DNA of 64,000 bases from Gammaproteobacteria bacterium (GCA_963580215.1 CAUZJT010000005.1:4746-68745); one strand, 5' to 3'. Positions 31,003 through 42,594 are shown, counted from the stretch's first letter. Made by a program: numbers and translations. The notes: a model not told the origin generated them from the letters alone.

Positions 31003-31824
31003 ATGAAGGCAGTATTAAGCTACACCTGCTGGCACCTGTGGTTTGCTCTGGCATGGCCAGTCAGTGCCATGGCAGAGCAAGTAAGCATTATTGTCCAATC
31101 GACGACATCAACCGCCAATTCTGGCCTGTACGATCATTTGCTTCCCCGGTTCGAGTCGGATAGCGGGGTTCGAGTCAATGTGGTGGCTGTAGGGACGGGC
31201 CAGGCAATCCGTAATGCGGTCAATGGCGACGCTGATGTCCTGTTAGTGCATGCGAAGTCGGCGGAGGAGAAGTTCGTAACGGATGGCTATGGTGTAGAGC
31301 GTTTTGACCTGATGTACAACGACTTTGTATTTGTTGGTCCTCCAGCTGATCCGGCTGACCTGTTAGCCGCCAGTAGTGCCACTGATGCCTTGGCAAGAAT
31401 AGCATCGAGTGAGGCGCTTTTCGCCTCACGCGGCGATGACTCGGGCACTCATAAAAAAGAACTCTCACTCTGGCGCCTCGCCTCCATTGAGCCCTTCGCC
31501 GCCAGTGGCACTTGGTACCTTGAGACGGGTTCTGGAATGGGCGCAACTCTGAACGTGGCTGTCGGTATGGATGCTTATTTGATCACTGATCGCGCCACTT
31601 GGCTTAGTTTTGCGAACAAGCACGAATTTCAAATTCTGTTTGAAGGTGACCCGTTGTTATTAAATCAGTACGGTATTATTTTGGTTAATCCATTAAAGCA
31701 TCCGCATGTAAAGGCGAAGGCAGGCCAAGTGTTTGTCGATTGGATGATCGGTGGCCAAGGGCAACAGGCAATTGCCGCCTATCGTCGGGATGGTAAGCAA
31801 TTGTTTTTTCCTAACGCCCGATAA
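31003..31824 (+). CDS. tupA: Tungstate ABC transporter substrate-binding protein
   Basis: STTSTANSGL (TTS motif), AVGTGQA, SRGDDSGTH and NQYG. Start uncertain (30997 or 31003). Confidence 0.9.
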   Translation: MKAVLSYTCWHLWFALAWPVSAMAEQVSIIVQSTTSTANSGLYDHLLPRFESDSGVRVNVVAVGTGQAIRNAVNGDADVLLVHAKSAEEKFVTDGYGVERFDLMYNDFVFVGPPADPADLLAASSATDALARIASSEALFASRGDDSGTHKKELSLWRLASIEPFAASGTWYLETGSGMGATLNVAVGMDAYLITDRATWLSFANKHEFQILFEGDPLLLNQYGIILVNPLKHPHVKAKAGQVFVDWMIGGQGQQAIAAYRRDGKQLFFPNAR

Positions 31825-31861
31825 AACTTCGGTGGGGCTACTATCGGTAGGGAGCGGGAGC

Positions 31862-32749
31862 TCAGCCGTTGAAATGTACCGTGCCGAAACCTTGCACCTC
31901 GTAGCCAGACAGACTGGCTGCTTTATCGCAAAATGCTGGTGAGCCACAGAAGTGGATCAGTTTTTGCAATGGGGGTTCGAAGCAGGCGCGTCGATCAATC
32001 AGCAGGTCAAAGCGCTCTCGTATGATCGGGACAAAGGCCAGGCGATAGCGTTCAGCCAGCGCGCGCAAGCCCAATGCCGCATCAGCGAGACCCTCCAGAA
32101 CTGCCGATGCAGCGTCAGTCTCACTATGAACCGTTGTTGTGAACTGTAATTGCTTGACGTCAATTTCAGCTTTATCTAACATCTGATTAAGTAGAATCTG
32201 ACTACCGGCCTCAGGCGGGCGGGCAACGACCCGGCGATCGGCCAGATCGGCGATGCAGCTAATGTTTTCTTCTTGGCCAGGTTGCAGGATCAGACCGCGT
32301 TCACGCCAGCAAAATTCAATCAGTACCACTTCCTGGCCAGAAAAGCGGGCGGTGATCGTGGCAAGGTTCCAGGTATTCCCTTCGGGCTCAAACAGGTGCA
32401 GGGCGCTGGCGGTGCCTTTAGCATCAGCGAAACGTTCCAGGCCATCGAGGCTGCCGCCAAAGTGACTGGCCATTGCGCAACCAGATTCTTTTAGTGCCCA
32501 CTCCAGCAAAGGGTCATGACTGCCCAAAACGACGTCTGGTCGAACGACAGGGCTTTCAACTCGTTTCGGACCTGTCTCATTTGATCCCAGCCAGGCTTCG
32601 ATGGCCGATCGGGAGAACAACAATTTGCCTGTTGCCCGGGTACAGGGTACGCGGTTGCTGGCGACCAGGTCATATACTTTTCGCTCCTTGATTCGAAGCA
32701 TTTCTGCCAATTCACGAGTCGTCAGGTAGTCAGCAGGGGGCGTGTTCAT
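31862..32749 (-). CDS. Excisionase-type HTH + molybdate/tungstate-binding (PBP-like) transcriptional regulator
   Basis: N-terminal YLTTRELAEMLRIKERKVY followed by GSHDPLL, GSLDGL and ERFDL; adjacent to the tup genes. Confidence 0.85.
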   Translation of the reverse strand: MNTPPADYLTTRELAEMLRIKERKVYDLVASNRVPCTRATGKLLFSRSAIEAWLGSNETGPKRVESPVVRPDVVLGSHDPLLEWALKESGCAMASHFGGSLDGLERFADAKGTASALHLFEPEGNTWNLATITARFSGQEVVLIEFCWRERGLILQPGQEENISCIADLADRRVVARPPEAGSQILLNQMLDKAEIDVKQLQFTTTVHSETDAASAVLEGLADAALGLRALAERYRLAFVPIIRERFDLLIDRRACFEPPLQKLIHFCGSPAFCDKAASLSGYEVQGFGTVHFNG

Positions 32750-33172
32750 TGGCTTTACCGGCTGGATGCAAGGTTGTTGGAATTATGCCCCATGCTTGTG
32801 GCGATGGCGAAGAGCAGCAAGGCCAGCGACAGTGGTAGTGTCAGGCCAAGGACAGGGTTACACTGGAACTATGATGATTCATTGCTGAACTGGGTATGTG
32901 CCCTGTCTTTGGACGTTTCCAACTATGAACCGGCGCAGATGGAAAACCCGTTATCGCATCACCTTGGTACGCCGTCACCGGACCGTTGATTTCGCTAAAT
33001 ATAATCCGCAGATACCGTTGCCTTTTGCTCGATCTTTTCGGCCCGCCAGAGCTCAGGAAGATGAGCGTGAAATAAGGGATGAGCGATGAGATTTCGGCTT
33101 AACAGGATAGGCCCTGCGTCCTGAAGACCTGGAAGCGGTAGCCGCTGCGAGGAAGAATTTGTCATAGCCGGC

Positions 33173-33186
33173 TATAATCGGCGCCC
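33173..33186 (+). promoter_or_regulatory. Putative -10 box with GC-rich discriminator upstream of prfC
   Basis: TATAAT at 33173-78 followed by CGGCGCCC. Confidence 0.4.
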
Positions 33187-33212
33187 ATTCCGCCTGCGCC
33201 AATAAGAATTCC

Positions 33213-34790
33213 ATGTCAGATCACCTCGCCGAGGTGCACCGGCGACGCACATTCGCCATCATCTCACATCCCGATGCGGGCAAGACCACGCTGACGGAAA
33301 AATTCCTGCATTACGGTGGCGCCATTCAGGAAGCCGGGACTGTTCGTGCTCGTAAGAGTGGTCGCTACGCGACGTCGGACTGGATGAAACTCGAGAAGGA
33401 ACGCGGCATTTCAGTAACGTCCTCGGTGATGCAATTTGAATATCGCAACTTTATCGTCAATCTGCTGGATACGCCCGGCCACGCGGATTTCTCCGAAGAC
33501 ACCTATCGGACGCTGACCGCTGTTGATTCGGCGCTGATGGTGATCGATGCGGCCAAGGGTGTCGAGGAACGCACGATCAAGTTGATGGATGTCTGCCGGT
33601 TGCGCGATACCCCGATCATGACGTTTATTAATAAGATGGATCGTGAGACTCGTGATCCTGTGGAATTGCTGGACGAGGTGGAATCTGTGCTGCGTATCAA
33701 CTGCGCGCCTGTCACCTGGCCGTTGGGTTCGGGCCGCCATTTTCGCGGCGTCTACCGGCTTCATGAAGATTCCACATCACTGTTTGACCGGTCCGGCGCC
33801 GGTGGTTCACCGGCAAGAATCGTCCAAGGCCTGGACAACCCAGAACTTGATGCGATTGCCGGCTCTGATGCGGAACGACTTCGTGAGGAGATCGAACTAC
33901 TTCAGGGTGCGTCGCACGCTTTTGATAGGGCCGGGTACCTTGCTGGCAAATTAACACCTGTGTTTTTTGGTTCGGCACTGAACCACGAGGGTACCGACGA
34001 ACTTATTGATGCCTTTGTTGATCATGCCCCAGCGCCGTTGCCGCGCATTACCGAGTCGCGTGTAGTGGAAAGTGTCGAACCGGGTTTTACAGGATTTGTT
34101 TTCAAGATTCAGGCAAACATGGATCCAGCCCACCATGACCGCGTCGCTTTCCTGCGGATTACGTCGGGTACTTATCAAAAAGGATTGCGTGTGCGCCACG
34201 TCCGTGTGCAGCGTGATCTTCAGTTGCATAACGCAATCACCTTTATGGCCTCGCGCCGTGAGTTAACTGCCAGCGCCGTCGCTGGGGACATCATTGGCCT
34301 ACACAATCACGGCACGATACAAATTGGTGATGCCTTCACCGAGGGAGAGGAACTTAAGTTCTCTGGAATCCCTAGTTTTGCGCCAGAACTATTTCGCCGG
34401 GTCCGTCTGGCAGACCCCCTGCGGAGTAAGGCGCTCAACAAGGGACTCGACCAGTTGAGTGAGGAAGGGGCAACCCAGGTATTTCGTCCATTACAAAGCA
34501 ATGATTTGATTCTCGGTGCGGTAGGCATACTGCAGTTTGATGTGGTGGCTCATCGGCTGAAGCACGAGTACGGCGTTGATTGCATTTTCGAAGCTGTTCC
34601 AGTTATCACCGCTAGGTGGATAGATAGCAAGGAATCGAGCAAATTAGACGAAATTAGACGAAAATCGCCACAGAATCTGGCACTGGATGCCTCTGGAGCC
34701 TTGACCTATCTCGCGCCAAATGGCGCAAACCTGCGCCTGGCCCAGGATCGTTGGCCTGAGATCCGCTTCGCTGCCATTCGGGAGTTATAA
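33213..34790 (+). CDS. prfC: Peptide chain release factor 3
   Basis: [34 protein letters not shown] and [14 protein letters not shown]. Confidence 0.97.
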   Translation: MSDHLAEVHRRRTFAIISHPDAGKTTLTEKFLHYGGAIQEAGTVRARKSGRYATSDWMKLEKERGISVTSSVMQFEYRNFIVNLLDTPGHADFSEDTYRTLTAVDSALMVIDAAKGVEERTIKLMDVCRLRDTPIMTFINKMDRETRDPVELLDEVESVLRINCAPVTWPLGSGRHFRGVYRLHEDSTSLFDRSGAGGSPARIVQGLDNPELDAIAGSDAERLREEIELLQGASHAFDRAGYLAGKLTPVFFGSALNHEGTDELIDAFVDHAPAPLPRITESRVVESVEPGFTGFVFKIQANMDPAHHDRVAFLRITSGTYQKGLRVRHVRVQRDLQLHNAITFMASRRELTASAVAGDIIGLHNHGTIQIGDAFTEGEELKFSGIPSFAPELFRRVRLADPLRSKALNKGLDQLSEEGATQVFRPLQSNDLILGAVGILQFDVVAHRLKHEYGVDCIFEAVPVITARWIDSKESSKLDEIRRKSPQNLALDASGALTYLAPNGANLRLAQDRWPEIRFAAIREL

Positions 34791-34990
34791 AAATAGATCT
34801 AGAAAATTATAAAATACTAAATTGCCACTCATCAGTGCTGACCTCAATCTCTGGGTCCCGGTAGGTTGTAATGTTGTAATAATGAACCTGGTTTGACTGG
34901 CAAAGTGGTCAGCCTGCTGCCCCCGCATCTGCAGGGGGAGTACAACTCAACTAAGCTTTTCCCGCTCATTTCATTTTCACGCCTATCAGG

Positions 34991-35028
34991 TCACACCAGA
35001 TTGGAGTCACCAGTTGCATCTGGTGTGA
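34991..35028. repeat. Perfect 11-bp inverted repeat upstream of cytochrome c5
   Basis: TCACACCAGAT - 16 bp - ATCTGGTGTGA. Confidence 0.6.
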
Positions 35029-35187
35029 AAAATTGGCAACCAAATTTTTGCGAATCATGAACCTGGCACGGTTACCTATCTGGATTCAGGCTCTAGACTC
35101 GAAATTTACAAATTTTCCTGCACGTGCCAGTTGAATTATGGCGGTACGGCTTTATCTTCTATTAACCTAATTGTAAGGAGTTAATCA

Positions 35188-35502
35188 ATGAAAAAACGAT
35201 TCATTTTTATCAGCACGGCCCTGCTTAGCCTGATGCCTATGGCGGCTAATGCCGACGGCGCCGCTATTTACAACAGCGGCTGTATGGCTTGCCACACCTC
35301 TGGTGTGGCCGGTGCTCCCATGGTCGGAGACCCGGCCGTTTGGGTCGATCGTATCGCACAAGGCGCCGAAGTGCTTTATGAGCACGCGATCGTGGGCTAT
35401 CAGGGCGAGACCGGTTACATGCCTCCCAAAGGCGGTTTTGCCCACTTAAGTGATGATGACATTAAGTTGGCTGTGGATTACATGGTAGAGCAATCGCAGT
35501 AA
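35188..35502 (+). CDS. Cytochrome c5 family protein
   Basis: Signal peptide, CMACH heme motif, GVAGAP and MPPKGG; RBS AAGGAG. Confidence 0.93.
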   Translation: MKKRFIFISTALLSLMPMAANADGAAIYNSGCMACHTSGVAGAPMVGDPAVWVDRIAQGAEVLYEHAIVGYQGETGYMPPKGGFAHLSDDDIKLAVDYMVEQSQ

Positions 35503-35554
35503 AGCCCGTAGTTGGCCTGGGTACTGATCAGGTGTCCGAGTGCTGGGCCAGACG

Positions 35555-35581
35555 AAACCGGGCCTTGTGCCCGGTTTTTTT
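35555..35581 (+). terminator. Rho-independent terminator
   Basis: AAACCGGGC-cttgt-GCCCGGTTT followed by a T-tract. Confidence 0.85.
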
Positions 35582-35618
35582 GCGCCGGACACATTCTCGT
35601 GTGTGTCGGTAGGGAAGG

Positions 35619-36404
35619 TTACCCTAGTAGGGCAGCCAAGCGGTCAAGGCCGATGAGATCACTCGCATGTGCTTGTGTGGAGGCGCTTGGCAAAGTGTGG
35701 TTGGCATGATCGCCTTGATAGTCGAGTACCAGTGCTGCGGTATCAAAATTTTCGCTACAGGTCATTGCGTTGGGCCAGATCACAGTAACCAGTCCGGCTG
35801 CCTGCGCAGACGCAAGGCCGGGCGGCGAATCTTCGATTGCAATAGCTTCACTGGCATCAAGTTGAAGGTTCTTAAGCGCTTGTAAGTACACGTCGGGTGC
35901 AGGTTTTACGCGGACAACCTGGTCGCCGCCAACGATAGTGTCAAAAAGCTCCCAGACGTTTTGCGCCAACGCACCACTCAAGGCTGATTCGATGGTGCGC
36001 GAGTTTGCGGTACTGGCAATGCCTAGCCGTAGCCCGGCCCGACTCGCCTGATTAAGTAATTTGCCCATACCAGGGCGCAGGCTGAGGGGGCGATCATTCA
36101 GTCGTTGTTGTACCCTCGCGTTCTTGGCTGTATGCAGTTTGCTGGCCAACGTATGGCGTTGGGCGGCGCTCAGTTCAGGACAGCGTTTCTCGGCGTAGGC
36201 GCAGATACGTTCGTGACCGCCAGGCACCTCAAGCAACTGAGTGTATTCAGATACATCCCAGTGCCAGGCCAGCTCGGCATCTGCAAATGCCTGGTTGAAT
36301 GCCGGCAGGTGAAGATCAAGTTCGCTGTCGATCAGTGTGCCGTCAAAATCGAACAGCAGACCGCGAAGGAGCCCGTAGCCTGCCCTCGGGTCGGGCGGAC
36401 TCAC
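35619..36404 (-). CDS. HAD-superfamily hydrolase, CbbY-like
   Basis: FDFDGTLIDSE..H..AFNQAF....WHWD, KPAPDVY and IEDS..GL. The GTG start at 36404 overlaps the upstream stop. Confidence 0.82.
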   Translation of the reverse strand: MSPPDPRAGYGLLRGLLFDFDGTLIDSELDLHLPAFNQAFADAELAWHWDVSEYTQLLEVPGGHERICAYAEKRCPELSAAQRHTLASKLHTAKNARVQQRLNDRPLSLRPGMGKLLNQASRAGLRLGIASTANSRTIESALSGALAQNVWELFDTIVGGDQVVRVKPAPDVYLQALKNLQLDASEAIAIEDSPPGLASAQAAGLVTVIWPNAMTCSENFDTAALVLDYQGDHANHTLPSASTQAHASDLIGLDRLAALLG

Positions 36405-37705
36405 TGACCGGGTTGGGTTGGAGATTCGAAAAAAGCCTTGAGGGCCAGATAAAGCCAAACTGGGTCACGCCAGCCGGTAACTTCGCGCGGTGAATGCATA
36501 CCCAGTTGAGGTGCGCCCACATCTACTGTATCAATACCCACTGTGCTGGCGGTGATTGGGCCAATAGTGCTGCCGCAGGCCATGTCACTGCGCATGGCGA
36601 TGGTCTGTACCGGCACCTTCACCTTGGCACAGAGGTCGCGGAAGATGGCAGCGGTGACGCTGTTGGTGGCGTAGCGTTGGTTAGCGTTGAACTTGATCAC
36701 CGGGCCGCCATTGAGCCGCGGCCGGTGTTGCGGATCATGCTTATCGTCATAGTTGGGGTGCACGGCATGGGCGTTATCGGTCGAGACCAGTAATGAGTGC
36801 GACAGTGCACGGGTCAGTGATTCCCCTGTTCCGCAGAGCCTTTCCAGGGTTGAGCGAAGTAAAGGGCCCTGGGCACCTGCTGCGGAAACGCTGCCGACTT
36901 CCTCGTGATCGTTGCAGATGAGAAGCACTGTTGTGTCGCTGTCGGCATCAAGAAGGCTGCGCAGGCCGACATAACAGCTGAGCAGGTTGTCCAGTCGCGC
37001 ACTGGTCAGGTAGTCGCCATTTAAGCCTACTTGTTGCCCCGGCTGCGTGTCATAGCAGCTGATCTCGAAGTCAGTGACTGTCTCAATCTTTGCATCGGGG
37101 TGCTGTTGGCGTGCTTGGTCGGCCAGCATCTGGCGAAAATCAGGCACTGTCTCGCCCGCGAGATCACATAGCAGTGGTACCAGCTCTTTTTGCGGGTTGA
37201 TGGAGCGATTTTTGTGAATATCGCGGTTCAGGTGTATCGCCAGGCTGGGGATAGTCGCAATGGGTTTTTCAAAGTCGATCAGTACCGAGATGGATTTTCC
37301 TTCGCGGGTCTTGCAAGTGACCCGACCCGCCAGCGACAGGTCACGATCAAACCAGGGCGCAAGCAGTGCGCCGCCGTAGACTTCAACCCCAAGTTGTAAA
37401 ATGCCTTCACGACAGGATTCAGGTCGAGGCTTGATCTTCAGACAGGGGCTATCGGTATGGGCTCCGATAATGCGTAGTCCCGTTTCACTGATTGGGGAAC
37501 TACCGATTCGAAAGGCGCACAGCGAGGAATCATTGCGAGCAACAAACGCCGCATCTTTGTGTGATACAGACCAGCTTGCACCTTCGTCGAGCGCCGTGAA
37601 GCCCTGTGCCTGCAGTTGTTTGACCATGCTGGCAACAGCATGAAATGGAGTAGGAGATCGGTGCAGGTATTCCAACAGACCCGAGTTGAAGGTATCAGCG
37701 TTCAA
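36401..37705 (-). CDS. M18 family (aspartyl) aminopeptidase
   Basis: [44 protein letters not shown] and MHSPRE. Likely TTG start overlapping the ttcA stop. Confidence 0.93.
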   Translation of the reverse strand: MNADTFNSGLLEYLHRSPTPFHAVASMVKQLQAQGFTALDEGASWSVSHKDAAFVARNDSSLCAFRIGSSPISETGLRIIGAHTDSPCLKIKPRPESCREGILQLGVEVYGGALLAPWFDRDLSLAGRVTCKTREGKSISVLIDFEKPIATIPSLAIHLNRDIHKNRSINPQKELVPLLCDLAGETVPDFRQMLADQARQQHPDAKIETVTDFEISCYDTQPGQQVGLNGDYLTSARLDNLLSCYVGLRSLLDADSDTTVLLICNDHEEVGSVSAAGAQGPLLRSTLERLCGTGESLTRALSHSLLVSTDNAHAVHPNYDDKHDPQHRPRLNGGPVIKFNANQRYATNSVTAAIFRDLCAKVKVPVQTIAMRSDMACGSTIGPITASTVGIDTVDVGAPQLGMHSPREVTGWRDPVWLYLALKAFFESPTQPGQ

Positions 37706-38568
37706 ACAGTACGCTCCAGGGGTTCGATAGAATCCGAGCCGGTCGGGTGTTGGTTGACACCCTCTGGAAGCCATTGGCTGAATTTTTGGTGTGAGTCCAA
37801 TGCGGCGAAGTCGAAAAGGTTCCGATCAGCCAGTTGACTCGGCGCGACGTGGGTCAGGCTGCGGAAAATACTGGCCATGCGTCCTGGGCGGGATTCCTCC
37901 CAGCCTGCCAGCATCTTCTTGATGGCCTGGCGCTGAAGGTGATCCTGTGAGCCACACAAATTACATGGGATCAACGGGAATTCGCGTAGACGAGAGTAAT
38001 CGGTGATATCGGCCTCGGTACAATAGGCCAGCGGACGGATTACCACATTGGTGCCGTCGTCGCTTAGCAGCTTGGGAGGCATTGATTTTAGTTGGCCACC
38101 ATAAAACATATTCAAAAACAGGGTTTCGATCATGTCATCGCGGTGATGCCCCAGGGCGATCCGAGTCATGCCGTGTTCACGAGCATAGCGGTAGAGAATG
38201 CCCCGGCGCAGCCGCGAGCATAGTCCGCACATGGTTTTGCCTTCAGGAATAACACGTTTTACTATACTGTAGGTATCTTCATCGATGACATCAAAGGGCA
38301 CCCCGGTGGTTTCAAGATATTCCCGTAGTGTTTCAACTGGGAACCCGGGCTGGTTCTGATCCAGATGAACCGCCCGCAGAGTAAAGGAGATCGGAGCCCG
38401 CTGGCGCAATCGCTTGAGGATATCGAGCAGAGTAAAGGAGTCCTTGCCTCCGGAGATGCAGACCATAACTCGTTCACCCTCGCCGATCATCTGAAAATCT
38501 TGGATTGCCTGCCCAGTCTTGCGACGCAGTCTCTTGGTCAGCTTGTTATCGTTGATCGATGTTTTCAT
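37702..38568 (-). CDS. ttcA: tRNA 2-thiocytidine(32) synthetase
   Basis: SGGKDS PP-loop, [17 protein letters not shown] and CNLCGSQ; start uncertain. Confidence 0.95.
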   Translation of the reverse strand: MKTSINDNKLTKRLRRKTGQAIQDFQMIGEGERVMVCISGGKDSFTLLDILKRLRQRAPISFTLRAVHLDQNQPGFPVETLREYLETTGVPFDVIDEDTYSIVKRVIPEGKTMCGLCSRLRRGILYRYAREHGMTRIALGHHRDDMIETLFLNMFYGGQLKSMPPKLLSDDGTNVVIRPLAYCTEADITDYSRLREFPLIPCNLCGSQDHLQRQAIKKMLAGWEESRPGRMASIFRSLTHVAPSQLADRNLFDFAALDSHQKFSQWLPEGVNQHPTGSDSIEPLERTV

Positions 38569-38723
38569 ATCATTGGGCCGATGATTGCCTGTGCTGGATA
38601 CCGTCCGCCCGCTTTGGCTTTGGTTTGGTCTACCGTCCAGCTCATTTTGGGGTATCTTAACTGTCATGAACTTCGGTCGCGAGATTTCGTTCCCATGAAT
38701 TGCGACATCCGCTTGCATCCCCA

Positions 38724-41700
38724 ATGGTGAAACTGGTCAAGCGGCTTATTCTATCGGTTGCGACCGTACTGGTGGCTACGGTCACGGTGCTCGCCCTGGC
38801 GCTGCAGTACCTGAACTGGAACGACCATCGTGATGCTCTGGCGCGCTGGTTGAGTGTTGCCATTGATCGCGAGGTGACTATAAGCGATTCACTGGATTTC
38901 CAACTGTGGCCAGTAACCCGCCTTGGGGTGTCCGGATTGCGCCTTGCGAGCCCTGCAGATACTTTTGATGTCGATCTATTGGAACTTAAAAATGGAGTTA
39001 TCGAATTTGATCTTTGGTCGCTGTTCTCTGGTATAGCCGTGATCAGCCGGTTGCAGTTGGATGGTCCGACGCTCCAACTGGCGGTCAGTGCTGATGGCCA
39101 GGCTAACTGGCACTTCGATCGAGAGAAACCATCGGACAAGTCATCGTCCGCCTTAGGGCAACTGGTCGCGCGTGATGTGTTGATTCAGGATGCACGGCTA
39201 GTATTTGCTGGGCGTGACCCCCGGTTGCATCAGGATCTATACCTTGAACGTTTGACTTTGACCTTGCCCTCGAGGGGTGAGGGTAGTGAGGCTACGCTGA
39301 CTGGCAGCCTGAACGGGGTAGCATTGACCTTAGTTGGCTCGCTGACCCTTAAGGAGGACGATCTGGAAGCCACTTTGGATCTTTCGCTGGGGACAATGGC
39401 CGGCAAGGTTCATGGCAGTGTCAATGACTTAATGGACGGCGCTGATTTTGATCTTGCACTGGATCTCAAAACTTCTGATCTGAAGGCTGCGATGCAGGTT
39501 GTGATACCGGGGTTGTCAGCGAGAAACGCGAGACTGCTCGATGGTAGCGCCGCCGTGACAGCTCACCTGCGCGGTCGGCCCGATCGGAATTTGCGACTGG
39601 AAAATGTTGACGTCACGACAGAATCTTCGCTACTGCGGTTGACCACATCGGGTTCACTCAGCTTGGTACGCCCCAGCCGCCGCGGCTCTGAACGATCCAG
39701 TCGTTTTCAGGTGCTCCTTGAGACCGAACATTTGGGCGAACTGGTCAGCCTGTACAAGGGAAAGGTGCCGTTTGCGGCGACGGCACAGGCGCAAGGAACG
39801 CTAAGCGGCTCTTTCGGCAATTTTCGCATTGATGATGTGGTGGTCAAAGCCGAAGGAGAGCATGGGCGTGCCAAGGCAACGGGGCGCGTGGAACAACTGG
39901 GGGCCTCTGGGGGTCCCTGGGTGGAGTTCGCAACCCAGGCCACAACGAATAGCCTTGGCCCATTTCTTAAGACCTATGGCTTAGCCTTGCCGTATGTGGG
40001 GCGCGCGTCGGCCAGTGCCCGTGTCAGCGGCCGGCCCGGTGATACCCATGTCACCGAGATTGATCTAAATATTAATGCTGATCCGCTCAGCCTCAAGGCG
40101 ACAGGCACTATCGGCCCCTTGGGCAAGCAGGCGCAGTTCAACCTGCCGTTTACAGCCACATCGGATGACATTGCGGCACTGGCGGCACGGTTTGGTCTTA
40201 AGCTGCCACTTAGCGCCAAGGGCGAGGTTAATGGCGCGCTGACCGGCCAGAGGCGAGATCTTCATGTCACCGAGATTGATCTAAATATTAATGCTGATCC
40301 GCTCAGCCTCAAGGCGACAGGCACTATCGGCCCCTTGGGCAAGCAGGCGCAGTTCAACCTGCCGTTTACAGCCACGTCGGATGACATTGCGGCACTGGCG
40401 GCACGGTTTGGTCTTAAGCTGCCACTTAGCGCCAAGGGCGAGGTTAATGGCGCGCTGACCGGCGACCCTGGCGCTTTGGCATTGACTCAACTCGCGGGTA
40501 TTTGGGCTAATGATCTAGGCCGTGTCAGTTTCGACGGCGCAGTCGAGTCGCTAGCCGGGCCGGTGACTTTGGATGCGATAGTCGATGTTTCGATTGACGA
40601 TATCGGTGCAATGGGTCGCTTGCTCGAATTGCCTCTCGATGATTATTCAGCGATTGGTGTCAAGGGAAGTGCCCGAATTCAGCATACCGCCGAGCGCACC
40701 AGTCTTACGAAACTTAGGGGCACATTCGCCGGCCAGAGTATCAGACTAGGCCGTTTTTCCGCCGAGGTGCCAGATATCACCCAACTCGGCGCATCTTCTT
40801 TGGCGATCGATGTTGAGTTAGTCGACATCGGGCGGTTTGCCCAACAACTGCATATCAATCCGTCATACGCAGATTCAGTAAAGCTAAAAGCCAGTCTGGT
40901 GGGGGCGTCTAAGCCGGGCGCGCCGTATTTCCTCACGCTGGATATCAAGACCGATGCGCTCAAGGCTTTTATTCACGGCCAGGTGAGCGCGTTGGAAAAG
41001 GGCGCAGAATTTAATTTGAAAGGGCGCCTTGAGACCGATGATGTCATTAAACTGAATCACTTGCTCAACAGCAAATTACCCGGCGCAGGCCCATTATCTT
41101 TGCACGGCACCGTCCATCGTCCCGGTGGCGCGACTCAACTGCTCCAGGGTCATCTCAATCTTGACGCCCCCGGTGTCAGCGCATCGGTTGCCGGCGCTCT
41201 TGCATGGCCATTGCGTAGTGGCATGAAGGTAGATACCCGGATAGAGGCTAAATCGCTTGTCAACCTTGATGCATTTCTGCCCGGTAAGTTTCCTGATCTT
41301 GGGCCCGTGGCCTTTTCCGGTAGTTTGTCGCTGGACGATGAGGGCCTTCATTCAGATCATTTTTCATTAACAGTGGCGAATAATAATCTGGACGGTTCGC
41401 TTTCGATTAATGGTCTGGATATAGCGACCTTACCCCAACTGCAAGTTGCTAAGGATGACAAGTTGCGTCTTAGCGGCGAACTCAACTCAAAGCGCTTGAG
41501 TCTGATTGAACTATTCCCGCGGCCACCTGAAACTATTAAAAAATCAACTCTTGGAGGGCCGGTTTTCAATGACACCCCGTTGCCCTTGATGTGGATGAGA
41601 GAAGTTGATTTGGACGTTGCATTCAAAGCCAGACAGTTGATTGGGCGAAAGGCTGAGGCGGGGAACCTGAGTGCGAACATCCAGGTTCTTGATGGTGTCC

Positions 41701-42563
41701 TGACGATTAACGCTGATTCCGGACAGTTATCCGGGGGTCGGTTTAATTTGGATCTGATGGCGGATGCCCGGGAAGATGTTTACACCACCAAAGTGGGTTT
41801 CAAAATAGAAAAGATGGAGGTCGAGCAGATCCCTGAGTTGCGCGATAAAGACCTGCCGATACGCGGGCAGATCAATGTCGACATCGAACTAGCTGGGCAA
41901 GGTAAATCCCTGAAGCAGATGCTGGCTGGGGCCAACGGCCGGATATCTGTTTCAGGTAGTGATGCCTATATACCCGCTAGTGGGTTGGATTTTCTGACTC
42001 AGTCGATCACCTCGCAGATTTTTCGACTTGTGAGCCAAAAAAAGAAATCCGAATACCATGATATAGAGTGTGGCCTGATCGGCTTTCGCGTAATCGACGG
42101 TGCAGCGATCTCGCGCGATACGATCGTGATAAAAACACCAGACGTCGCTTATCTGGTGCAAGGTGGGCTTCATTTTGATGATGAGAGTATTGTGCTGGCA
42201 ATCCAATCCAAGGCGCTTAAAGGTTTAGGCGTATCGGCGGCAAGCTTGGTCCCATCTCTTCGCCTAGTCGGAACGTTGACCGAGCCGCGTAGATCGGAGC
42301 CAGACCTGGAAGGTGCGGTAAAGACAGGCGCCACATGGGGTCTGGCGGCGATAACGGCGGGAGGGTGGATTGTGGCGCGGGGTTTACATGGCGTTATTTA
42401 CCCAGGGTGCGGTTATGGCGGATCTTGCTCTCCGTTTACCAGAAACCTGGGTGTGTGCGAGACCGCACAGAAAAACTATGATGACTTGTTGCTAGACACG
42501 CGCCAGGAAGTGCTCCACGCGACAGCTGATTCGGACAATGAGGCTCGGGCTAGCGACAACTGA
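38724..42563 (+). CDS. AsmA-family bridge-like envelope protein with an internal repeat
   Basis: N-terminal TM anchor and AsmA N-domain (G.ANW.F), long beta-rich repeats, and an AsmA C-terminal region. Confidence 0.8.
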   Translation: MVKLVKRLILSVATVLVATVTVLALALQYLNWNDHRDALARWLSVAIDREVTISDSLDFQLWPVTRLGVSGLRLASPADTFDVDLLELKNGVIEFDLWSLFSGIAVISRLQLDGPTLQLAVSADGQANWHFDREKPSDKSSSALGQLVARDVLIQDARLVFAGRDPRLHQDLYLERLTLTLPSRGEGSEATLTGSLNGVALTLVGSLTLKEDDLEATLDLSLGTMAGKVHGSVNDLMDGADFDLALDLKTSDLKAAMQVVIPGLSARNARLLDGSAAVTAHLRGRPDRNLRLENVDVTTESSLLRLTTSGSLSLVRPSRRGSERSSRFQVLLETEHLGELVSLYKGKVPFAATAQAQGTLSGSFGNFRIDDVVVKAEGEHGRAKATGRVEQLGASGGPWVEFATQATTNSLGPFLKTYGLALPYVGRASASARVSGRPGDTHVTEIDLNINADPLSLKATGTIGPLGKQAQFNLPFTATSDDIAALAARFGLKLPLSAKGEVNGALTGQRRDLHVTEIDLNINADPLSLKATGTIGPLGKQAQFNLPFTATSDDIAALAARFGLKLPLSAKGEVNGALTGDPGALALTQLAGIWANDLGRVSFDGAVESLAGPVTLDAIVDVSIDDIGAMGRLLELPLDDYSAIGVKGSARIQHTAERTSLTKLRGTFAGQSIRLGRFSAEVPDITQLGASSLAIDVELVDIGRFAQQLHINPSYADSVKLKASLVGASKPGAPYFLTLDIKTDALKAFIHGQVSALEKGAEFNLKGRLETDDVIKLNHLLNSKLPGAGPLSLHGTVHRPGGATQLLQGHLNLDAPGVSASVAGALAWPLRSGMKVDTRIEAKSLVNLDAFLPGKFPDLGPVAFSGSLSLDDEGLHSDHFSLTVANNNLDGSLSINGLDIATLPQLQVAKDDKLRLSGELNSKRLSLIELFPRPPETIKKSTLGGPVFNDTPLPLMWMREVDLDVAFKARQLIGRKAEAGNLSANIQVLDGVLTINADSGQLSGGRFNLDLMADAREDVYTTKVGFKIEKMEVEQIPELRDKDLPIRGQINVDIELAGQGKSLKQMLAGANGRISVSGSDAYIPASGLDFLTQSITSQIFRLVSQKKKSEYHDIECGLIGFRVIDGAAISRDTIVIKTPDVAYLVQGGLHFDDESIVLAIQSKALKGLGVSAASLVPSLRLVGTLTEPRRSEPDLEGAVKTGATWGLAAITAGGWIVARGLHGVIYPGCGYGGSCSPFTRNLGVCETAQKNYDDLLLDTRQEVLHATADSDNEARASDN
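40047..40463 (+). repeat. In-frame tandem repeat: two 201-bp copies, 216-bp (72-codon) period
   Basis: 40047-40247 and 40263-40463 are identical except one synonymous site (ACA 40160 / ACG 40376); 15-bp spacer. Confidence 0.95.
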
Positions 42564-42594
42564 GAACATGGCTCTCATGCCTGCTGGCTCAGGG

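Noticed and set aside
34641-34663. 10-bp tandem repeat AAATTAGACG x2 in prfC
   Set aside because: The frame is intact and the protein looks normal; no evidence of slippage.
34840-34945. Faint resemblance to 6S RNA 3' half or SRP RNA
   Set aside because: The conserved SRP core (CAGG..GGAAGG.AGCAG) is absent and no 5' strand pairs to form the 6S rod.
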